A DNA stretch of 24,000 bases from Microbacterium pygmaeum. GTDB lineage: Bacteria > Actinomycetota > Actinomycetes > Actinomycetales > Microbacteriaceae. The stretch covers positions 1,809,966 to 1,833,965 of the forward strand of contig NZ_LT629692.1 in assembly GCF_900100885.1 (NCBI RefSeq). Direction: 5' to 3'. Positions 14,925 through 21,530 of the stretch are shown here, one piece after another. The position numbers and the translations under genes were made by a program. Numbering within the stretch: position 1 is the stretch's first letter; the number at the start of each line of letters is the position of its first letter. The notes below the pieces were generated by a model. The model was given only the letters and a program-made list of their open reading frames with translations. It was not told where the DNA came from and did not search any database.

Positions 14925-14990
14925 TCGGCCCACATGACACACATGGTACGCATTGCTTGCCTACATTCGCAACCTGTATGCAGATGCGTG

Positions 14991-15007
14991 CTTGTGTAGC
15001 GCACAAG
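14991..15007. promoter_or_regulatory. Inverted repeat CTTGTG-TAGCG-CACAAG in the divergent promoter region between the GHKL operon and the PD-(D/E)XK gene
   Basis: Perfect 6-bp arms (14991-14996 and 15002-15007) with a 5-nt spacer. It lies 49-67 bp upstream of the minus-strand operon start and ~85 bp upstream of the plus-strand nuclease gene. Confidence 0.35.
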
Positions 15008-15089
15008 ACCTCCTCCTTTGGCATCGATCGCCACGAGAGCCAATCGCTCCGGAATGTGGGGATTCCGTTGGCCCATACCGCCGTCGAAA

Positions 15090-15698
15090 ATGGTTACGCT
15101 CGGCGGCATGGAAGCTTTCGAGCAATTTGTAGCTCTCGCGATGGAGCAGGAGGGTCTCGTCGTCTCCGGAGCGTTGAAGTTTCCGGTCAAGGTGCGGACT
15201 ACCAAAGCTGCCTACGAGGAGTGGCAGACCCACGGTTTCGAAGTGGACCTAGTCGGTGCGCGCTCAGACCGCCTCGTGCTCGCGACGGTGAAGTCTTTCT
15301 TCGGCTCGCGAGGTGTCGTCGCCGAGCACGTCCGCGGTGACAGCCAAAACAAGGTGTGGAACGCGAAGTACGCAGTGATAAACAACCCCCGGATCCGAGA
15401 TGGTGTCGTAGCAGGGGCAGCGGCCCGATTCGGATACTCGATCGAGCAGGTGCAACTACGCCTCTATGTAGGCAGATTCGCTGGGGTGGCTCACGAGTCA
15501 GAAGTCCGGGCGTGGTGCGCGAGCCAGACTGTGGGCGCCGGTCCGATTTCGGTCGTCGGCGCCGCTGACGTCGTTGATGTTGTGCGCGCCGTCGCCAGTT
15601 CCAAGACATATCGAGACAGCGCCGTCCTCGCATCGCTCAAGGTTCTCGACGCCGCCGGAGCGCTCCGGCCAGTCGGTGGTCCAGCCGCCCACGCGTAG
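15090..15698 (+). CDS. Stand-alone PD-(D/E)XK (Mrr-cat/restriction-endonuclease-like) nuclease-fold protein
   Basis: I trimmed the track ORF (15018, TTG) to the ATG at 15090, and an ATG at 15108 is equally possible. The sequence MEAFEQFVALAMEQEGLVVSG...HGFEVDLVGARSDRLVLATVKSFF has the helix-E...(E/D)-hD-hh...h-x-K layout of the restriction endonuclease-like fold. The C-terminal ~110 aa are unassigned. Confidence 0.65.
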   Translation: MVTLGGMEAFEQFVALAMEQEGLVVSGALKFPVKVRTTKAAYEEWQTHGFEVDLVGARSDRLVLATVKSFFGSRGVVAEHVRGDSQNKVWNAKYAVINNPRIRDGVVAGAAARFGYSIEQVQLRLYVGRFAGVAHESEVRAWCASQTVGAGPISVVGAADVVDVVRAVASSKTYRDSAVLASLKVLDAAGALRPVGGPAAHA

Positions 15699-15959
15699 TC
15701 CTGACGGCGTCCCATTCGTCCCCGACATCGGTTCATGGCCGGAGCGGGGCGGTCTACCGCGGGCGCTGTCACTTAGTCGCCAACAGTCGTTCTTGGAGAG
15801 TCCACTCAGCAATCGTTTCGTGAATCGGTGTCGGTGACCGCGAGCACTGCAAGTTCGTCAGACGAGGCTCATCAAACTCGCAGGGCGTCTCGTAGTCTGA
15901 GAACCGGTACCGAAGCCCGATCCTCGCTCGACCCGGAAGCTACGCGCAATGGGGCGGTC

Positions 15960-16196
15960 GTGTCTCACCCACCCAGCGGCGACATCATCGCTGCGCACCG
16001 GTCCGCCGAGAATAGATCCGTGAGATTCGCCGCGAAGGAGCGACATTTGATCGAGACCACGCCTAGGCCAAACGGCCATCGGTCGACCGAGGCGTGCTCC
16101 CTCGTCGACTGCGTAGTGGCCGATACGCGGATCCCAGGCGCCAAGGCCATCGAGCGAAGCGGGCGCCGGCTCGAGAGCTGGGAGGAAGCACGGTGA
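15960..16196 (+). CDS. Possible small ORF translationally coupled to the downstream gene (start uncertain)
   Basis: The 3' half of track ORF 15828..16196 has good G/C third-position bias. Its TGA (16194-16196) overlaps the GTG start (16193) of the next gene as GTGA. No motif is recognised, and the Arg/Ser-rich 5' half looks non-coding, so I placed the start at the internal GTG at 15960. Confidence 0.3.
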   Translation: MSHPPSGDIIAAHRSAENRSVRFAAKERHLIETTPRPNGHRSTEACSLVDCVVADTRIPGAKAIERSGRRLESWEEAR

Positions 16197-16861
16197 GGTG
16201 GCAAGACATGCTGGTGGAGGTTCCCGTGCTTTTCGCTGACATAGAGAATGACGAGCGCCAGGCGATCCACTGCACGTACTGCGGCGTTGGAGACGACGAC
16301 CCGTACTACCGCCGAGAGGAACTGTGGATCATCCGCCACTGGAACCGCGAGTCGCCCGTCGAGGGCCGCGAGAGCGGCCACTGGACCATCTATTGCGCGG
16401 ACCACCTCGCGAGCGCCAACCTGCCGTGGAAGTGGAGCCACACTGCGCCGGACCACCTGAAGCCCGAGGTGTGGCCAACAACGCGCTACACAGCAGACCA
16501 GGAGAAGGTCATTGCGATCGTCCAGCAGCTTGTCGAGAAGCCGCTGTGGACCACGTATGGCGACCTTGCGACGGCCGTTTACGGCTCGGTATCGGGTGCG
16601 CGCGGCGTGGCCAGCCTGCTGATGCTATTCCCGCCATCTGACCGCTTCAAGGCTCACGTGCGGATGCAGGATGGCTCCTTGGCCAACAACGTCTTGAGCA
16701 CATCCGACGACGAGAACACCCACTGGGGCGAGGTGTGGACTCGCTGGGCCAAGGAAGACGGCATGCTCGTCACGTCGAAGGGCACGGCGCTGGCGATCCA
16801 GCGCGCGACGCCTCAGCAACTACGCGAACTGGTCGACGAGGATGAGGACGGCGACCAGTGA
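16193..16861 (+). CDS. Protein with a Cys/His-containing N-terminal region and a C-terminal MGMT/ATL-like (methylated-DNA-protein-cysteine methyltransferase DNA-binding fold) domain lacking the PCHR active site
   Basis: GTG at 16193 is preceded by GGAGG at a 7-nt spacing. The C-terminal LWTTYGDLATAVYGSVSGARGVASLLMLFPPSDRFKAHVRMQDGSL parallels the MGMT pattern TYGeiA..iG.p.aaRAVG.a...N...(PCHRV)...G.l, but KAHVR replaces PCHRV. The N-terminus contains HCTYCG...HWTIYCADH. Confidence 0.6.
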   Translation: MRWQDMLVEVPVLFADIENDERQAIHCTYCGVGDDDPYYRREELWIIRHWNRESPVEGRESGHWTIYCADHLASANLPWKWSHTAPDHLKPEVWPTTRYTADQEKVIAIVQQLVEKPLWTTYGDLATAVYGSVSGARGVASLLMLFPPSDRFKAHVRMQDGSLANNVLSTSDDENTHWGEVWTRWAKEDGMLVTSKGTALAIQRATPQQLRELVDEDEDGDQ

Positions 16862-17116
16862 GCGTGCCGTGCGCACCCACGACCGCCCATCACCCAGGGA
16901 TGGTTGACTGACGGGCAGCGTGAGGCCTCGTATGCCCGTAGCGCGCGAGATCATGGAGCACCCAAGAAAGGACCGTTGCTGTCGGGGGAAGCCTCGCGTC
17001 GGCTGAGTGGTCGGCGCTAATCCCACAAGCCGGCAGATTCCCGTCGTGTTCGAGATGACCTCACCGGCAACCGCGGAGACCTATTTGGACGCGCCCGGCC
17101 GATGCAGTAAGGGGGT

Positions 17117-17854
17117 CTAGAAGGCTGAACCAAAGCCCGGTAGCACATCCTCAAGCTCCCGCCTTATCGCGTATGGCGCGTGATTACTCCTCAGTCTTCG
17201 CAGTTCGTCGGCACGCATACGAGGGTCAACTTCGATGAACTGGTTGAGGGTCACGAAATACGGCGCGACTAGCCGCGCCGTGAATCCGCGGGTGTAGGTG
17301 GCGCCCATCACTCCTGCTTCCGACCGTGCCGCGCGGACGACCGCCGTGACTTGCGAATGCCCCACCCGCGTGCCACTGACGAGGTTTCGAAGTGCCCCCA
17401 AGTCGATCGGAGGCTGGTCGGATTCACGAAGCTCCGTGGCACTAGAGCACACAAGTGCGAAGTGATGCAGACGAGATACGTTTCCGTTGCTCGTCACCAG
17501 CATTTCGTCCGGAACTCGGTAGGCACGTCCGTCGAATGTTCGCCCGGCTTGCCACAGGCGTAAGCGTGGCGGCTCGCGGTCTTGTAGACGCGCAGGCGAC
17601 AGCATTGACGAGAATCGCACCAGCGGTTCCGCGCCCTGCGCTAACAACGCTGGCAGGGAAGGACGCACACTGTTTCCGATCCCCCACAGGAACACACCGT
17701 TGCTGGAGTTCAGTTCCTCCGATTTTCTTTGCAGGATGTCATCGATGCGCTCTCCCGACTCCGTGCCGTATCGCGTCCAGCAAAATGCCGAGCCCAGCTC
17801 AACACATGCGGTAGCGTCGCCTTGAGTGCGGTCCGGGGCGTCCGTCAATGGCAT
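17117..17854 (-). CDS. Hypothetical protein, paralog A of an unknown family (see 19589-20137)
   Basis: 245-aa ORF with an ATG start. It shares ordered blocks with the 182-aa protein at 19589-20137: GERIDDILQRKSEE, VFLWGIGNS, HFALVCSS, LVAPYFVTL. It carries an extra ~45-aa C-terminal extension. Confidence 0.75.
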   Translation of the reverse strand: MPLTDAPDRTQGDATACVELGSAFCWTRYGTESGERIDDILQRKSEELNSSNGVFLWGIGNSVRPSLPALLAQGAEPLVRFSSMLSPARLQDREPPRLRLWQAGRTFDGRAYRVPDEMLVTSNGNVSRLHHFALVCSSATELRESDQPPIDLGALRNLVSGTRVGHSQVTAVVRAARSEAGVMGATYTRGFTARLVAPYFVTLNQFIEVDPRMRADELRRLRSNHAPYAIRRELEDVLPGFGSAF

Positions 17855-17896
17855 GCTGCAACCGTACCGGGCGAATCAGTAGGAACGGGGGCCACC

Positions 17897-18928
17897 ATGA
17901 CGCCTTCGTTCACATCGCCCGAGCAACTTCGTCACGAACTTCGGCAAGCTGGCTTATCGAATGACATGATCACCGCGGCTTGGCCGCAGTGGTGGTCCGA
18001 CGATGCCGTCGGATCGACCTCCGCGGAGGCCGAGCTGAGGTTCTCGCTCGCGCGCAAGCTAGGGCTATCTGCGACGTCGCTGCTCGACGACGAACCCGCT
18101 TTCGTGATGCGGGGGCGAGCGAGTTTCAAGCGAGCAACGCTCGGCCGTCAGATCGACGGACTAATGCTCACAACGGTCGGCCACTCGCTTGGGATGCTGA
18201 TCGCGGCCGCAACGACAACCCCTTACCGGCCCTTGACAGGCGCCGCTGCGGTACGCGAGGCCGTCCTCAGCTCTAGTGACTTTGTGGGGCTACAGGACCT
18301 AACGCTTCTTTGCTGGGCTTGCGGGATCCCGGTGGTGTCACAGTCCGTGTTTCCCCTTTCAGCGAAGCGAATGGACGCAATGACCGTGGTTGCCGACGGC
18401 CGCCCCGTCATATTGCTTGCCCGGCGCACCGAGTATCCTGCCTTCCTCTCATTCATGGTTGCGCATGAGTTGGGCCACATCGCGTTGGGCCACGTCACCG
18501 AGGACGAGCCCATAGCGGACTTCTCGACCGAGCACATCGACCTCAGCGACTATGACGCCGCCTATGATCAGGACGACCAGGACGAGGCGGATGCAAACGC
18601 CTTCGCCTTGGAACTGCTTACCGGTGACCCGGCATTCACCGTGAATGCTGATCGCGCTGACTTCAATGCTGCGCAGGTGGCGGCCGCTGCTCGCGAGACC
18701 GGCGAGCGACTACGCGTAGATCCAGGCTTCGTCGCACTCGCCCTGGGGCACAGCACGAAGCGCTGGCCGCAGGTCTATTCGGCGATGCGTGAGTTTGGCC
18801 ATCATGTAGACGACTTGGGTCGGCAACTAAATCAACTCGCCATAAACGAACTTGACGCTGCACAGTTGTCGGATGACTCCTGGGATTACGTGACGCGTGC
18901 CCTCGGATATTCGAGCGACGATGCTTGA
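17897..18928 (+). CDS. ImmA/IrrE-family (COG2856, DUF955) zinc metallopeptidase with an N-terminal helical, possibly Xre-like region
   Basis: I trimmed the track ORF (17729) to the ATG at 17897, which is preceded by AGGAACGGGGG. It has the HEXXH motif in FMVAHELGHIALGHV, followed by an acidic stretch and DEADANAFALELL, as is typical for this family. Confidence 0.8.
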   Translation: MTPSFTSPEQLRHELRQAGLSNDMITAAWPQWWSDDAVGSTSAEAELRFSLARKLGLSATSLLDDEPAFVMRGRASFKRATLGRQIDGLMLTTVGHSLGMLIAAATTTPYRPLTGAAAVREAVLSSSDFVGLQDLTLLCWACGIPVVSQSVFPLSAKRMDAMTVVADGRPVILLARRTEYPAFLSFMVAHELGHIALGHVTEDEPIADFSTEHIDLSDYDAAYDQDDQDEADANAFALELLTGDPAFTVNADRADFNAAQVAAAARETGERLRVDPGFVALALGHSTKRWPQVYSAMREFGHHVDDLGRQLNQLAINELDAAQLSDDSWDYVTRALGYSSDDA

Positions 18929-19613
18929 TCTGCTTGTCGACAACGATGCAGTCGTGAAGCTAGTCCGCTACAGACTCGAGAAAGAGTTCATCCGACACTG
19001 CAACGACGATCCAGCGAAGGATCCGATTGCCCTTCTTGGCACGGCGCGATGGGTTTGCGCTACGGCTTTGCGCCGCGCCGTGGCGAAGCTTGGTGAAGAT
19101 CCCGCGATCTTGGTGTGCTTCGATCAACTTCTACTCGAGGTCGACGTTGTTGAGCCAACCGAAGATGAATTGCGTCTCGCGGCGGCTCTAGAGGATCGGG
19201 CGCGGACACGCGGCCTACCGTTAGACCCGGGAGAGTCTCAACTCGCCGCGGTCGTGTCGCGCCGCCTCGCCTTTTTGCTGACGGGGGACAAGAGGGCAAT
19301 CGCTTCTCTAGAGGCGCTTCTAGACGACTTTGCCGACCTTCGGCCGCTCGTGGGAAGGGTTGCTGCCCTGGAGAACGCGATCATGTCGCTTGTTCTGCAT
19401 CTGGGCGAGCCCGACGTGCGAAACGCAGTTTGTTCGGCCCCGGGGGCAGATACGGCTCTGCGGCTCGCGTTCTCATGCAACTCGCCGTCTTCGTCATTGC
19501 AAGGACTTCTGAGCTACTTGAACAGCCTGCGCCGCGATGCGCCCCGCATCATGGTCGATGCGGACTCGCTTTGCTTCGAACCGCTGCCTCAGTCCCTCAG
19601 GAAGACCGCGTAG
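18921..19613 (+). CDS. PIN-like domain nuclease
   Basis: The ATG at 18921 overlaps the ImmA stop by 8 nt (ATGCTTGA). The acidic quartet is in PIN order: MLDLLVDNDAVVKL (D), LLLEVDVVEPTEDE (E), DPGESQLAAVV, and FLLTGDKRAIASL (D). Confidence 0.65.
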   Translation: MLDLLVDNDAVVKLVRYRLEKEFIRHCNDDPAKDPIALLGTARWVCATALRRAVAKLGEDPAILVCFDQLLLEVDVVEPTEDELRLAAALEDRARTRGLPLDPGESQLAAVVSRRLAFLLTGDKRAIASLEALLDDFADLRPLVGRVAALENAIMSLVLHLGEPDVRNAVCSAPGADTALRLAFSCNSPSSSLQGLLSYLNSLRRDAPRIMVDADSLCFEPLPQSLRKTA

Positions 19614-20137
19614 GGCGCCATTAGTGGCGCCGCTACTGAGATCTTGACCGTTGCGGCGTCCTCCGTGGGCGCGTCAACAACATCGAGACAGGCTTTGTCC
19701 AGCCGGCCGCGAATATAGTCCTTCCCGACTTTGCCTCGCGAGTCGCCTACTCCGACTCGAGTCGCACTCAGGTCTAGCAGGGTGTCAACGTCATCCAGGC
19801 TCGAGAGAACGAGCGCGTATTTCGAACCGAGGACATTTACCTCTGCGGGAATCTCCCGCCACGTTTCGCGGTCCGTCGAGTACTCGCGAGAACGCACTTG
19901 TGCCGCATTGTGATTCGAGTTGATTTCCTGCATGACGAGCGTTATCGGCCCTTCAACTCTTTCCGCAAATTCGCGCACGCGGGTCGGAAAGCAAGAGTTC
20001 CCTCCATATCCCCACATCGCGAATCCAGCTTCCTGCACCTCCCGACGCTTTCTCTCCAAAATGTCTTCGAGCGTCTCGCCGGCATGGACCCCGACTTTCA
20101 TGTAAAGAATGTGGTCTCCCGGTGCGATTTCCATCAC
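19589..20137 (-). CDS. Hypothetical protein, paralog B of the unknown family and third gene of the kinase/transferase operon
   Basis: 182-aa ORF. Its start (GTG 20137 or ATG 20134) overlaps the upstream TGA. Blocks GETLEDILERKRRE, FAMWGYGGNS, KYALVLSS and LMAPYAVFL match the 245-aa protein at 17117-17854. Confidence 0.8.
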   Translation of the reverse strand: MMEIAPGDHILYMKVGVHAGETLEDILERKRREVQEAGFAMWGYGGNSCFPTRVREFAERVEGPITLVMQEINSNHNAAQVRSREYSTDRETWREIPAEVNVLGSKYALVLSSLDDVDTLLDLSATRVGVGDSRGKVGKDYIRGRLDKACLDVVDAPTEDAATVKISVAAPLMAPYAVFLRD

Positions 20138-20961
20138 TCGTCCTCTCCCAGCATGTCAAATTCGTAGCCTCGTTGAACTCCGGCCCCATCGGGGCCGCCC
20201 TTATCGCGGACATATCTCACCCTGGGAATCTGATCGCGACCGTAGAAGTGCTCGAGGTCTACTCCGCGTCGGGGGACACTCTTGACGGGTCGACCGTTTT
20301 GAGGCAAAGAGCTGAGCACGAGGTTGCAGGACTTGAGATCGGGTGCATCGTCGAGGTGATAGGAGTGCAGTTGAGGCGACATCCGACTTACGAAAAAGCC
20401 TGCTTCCAAAGCATGTCTCTGAGTAGCGTGTAAGACCTGCTTGGGCCAATCCAAGTCTTCGTCATCGGCGATGACGATCATCCCATCTCCCTCGTATGCA
20501 AGAAGCTCGAATCCTCGTTGCGTGAAGAGTTGCACGCTCTCTCCCTTGTTGCTGGCTCCCCAGGGCGGGTTTGTATAAAAGCAGTCGAAGCGTTCAATTT
20601 CGTCCGGCACCCCGTCTAGCACGTTGTAGAGCACGGCGTCGAGATTGGTTACACCCTCGGCGGCGGCGAACCGCTTAACGGCGTTGACAATGCGCTCGTC
20701 GAAATCGAAGACTGTAATTTGTGTGGGGGACGTCTCGAGGATGTTTCTGCTCGCCAAATAGGCCACGCAAACGCTGATGGCATCTCCATCTCCGACGAAC
20801 GCGAGCCGCTTCCCGTGTGCCCACCGAGAAACGAACTCGCTCTGAAGAATCATGTCGCCAGTCTTCATATAGATCTGATCAAACTCGCGCAGCGGCTGAG
20901 GACGGTTTTGAACTACGTCTGAAACCGCGTTGATCGCTGCCCGCAAGTCGATGTCAGTCAC
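20134..20961 (-). CDS. BpsA/DUF43-like SAM-dependent transferase (aminopropyl- or methyl-transferase fold with an NPPW motif)
   Basis: 275-aa ORF with a GTG start in a GTGA overlap with the kinase stop. Motif I is RLAFVGDGDAIS, followed by VFDFDERIV and then FDCFYTNPPWG. The protein ends with FFVSRMSPQLHSYH. The order and wording match the branched-polyamine synthase (BpsA)/DUF43 family as I recall it (lGDDDlts...DiDeRl...f.TDPP.T...fn.Y). Confidence 0.75.
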   Translation of the reverse strand: MTDIDLRAAINAVSDVVQNRPQPLREFDQIYMKTGDMILQSEFVSRWAHGKRLAFVGDGDAISVCVAYLASRNILETSPTQITVFDFDERIVNAVKRFAAAEGVTNLDAVLYNVLDGVPDEIERFDCFYTNPPWGASNKGESVQLFTQRGFELLAYEGDGMIVIADDEDLDWPKQVLHATQRHALEAGFFVSRMSPQLHSYHLDDAPDLKSCNLVLSSLPQNGRPVKSVPRRGVDLEHFYGRDQIPRVRYVRDKGGPDGAGVQRGYEFDMLGEDE

Positions 20962-21530
20962 GCGTACCCCACGAATCTGAGAATGTCCGCTGTCACTTCT
21001 CCGAGGGGTCGGTCAGCGCGAATGAAGGCCACCGGCACGCCGAGGGTGATTGCATAGCTCAGCGCGAGCGAAGACTGCAGGCTTTGGTGTAAACCCATAT
21101 CGGTCTCGTCTTGCGCGCGCCTTCCCAGCGCGTTGAGCTGAACCCGCTCGCGAACCGTGGCGTGCGGCCCCGTCAAGCAAACGATGTGTGTGAAGGGAAG
21201 CTCTGTCAATTCATCCGCGCGGTATGGGACGGCACGCAAGCCGTACGATTCCGCGGTCAATGCGTGTGAATCGACGACCGTGTTCTTTAGTCCGGAGAGA
21301 CGGCACAACTCGCCCTTGATCCACTCATCCGCACCCGCCACGTCTGCCGGCGAAATTACAGAGGCTGAGCGCTCACGCAGTTCTGTTTGTGATTTCACGC
21401 GATCCGCAAGCATTCGTGTCAAGATCTCGCCGTAGCTGAGTCTAAGTGCGTCTGTCCTCGCCTCTAACTCCGTGGCGATCGATGATTTGCCGATCGCGGG
21501 CACACCGGTCAGGTACAGGGAGAATGTCAT
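20958..21530 (-). CDS. P-loop NMP kinase resembling archaeal-type adenylate kinase (AdkA-like)
   Basis: 190-aa ORF with an ATG preceded by GGGGG. Walker A is LYLTGVPAIGKSS. The blocks TVVDSHALT...YGLRAVPY and IVCLTGPHATVRERV...GRRAQDE parallel the archaeal AdkA blocks as I recall them (vvvTGvPGvGktT, vDTH...GylPGlP, ii.l....il.Rr...R.Rd.d). Confidence 0.7.
   Translation of the reverse strand: MTFSLYLTGVPAIGKSSIATELEARTDALRLSYGEILTRMLADRVKSQTELRERSASVISPADVAGADEWIKGELCRLSGLKNTVVDSHALTAESYGLRAVPYRADELTELPFTHIVCLTGPHATVRERVQLNALGRRAQDETDMGLHQSLQSSLALSYAITLGVPVAFIRADRPLGEVTADILRFVGYA

Noticed and set aside
9408-14942. Idea that the m5C methyltransferase belongs with the GHKL operon as a methylation-associated multi-gene system
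   Set aside because: The MTase is directly followed on its own strand by a FokI-type endonuclease and is faced by vsr, forming a complete conventional R-M-V module. The GHKL operon is separated from it by vsr and is transcribed independently. The link cannot be excluded without co-occurrence data, but it is not supported by the layout.
15965-16456. 163-aa minus-strand ORF
   Set aside because: It is antisense to the start of the MGMT-like gene and to the possible coupled upstream ORF. It is Ala/Arg/Val-rich with no motif.
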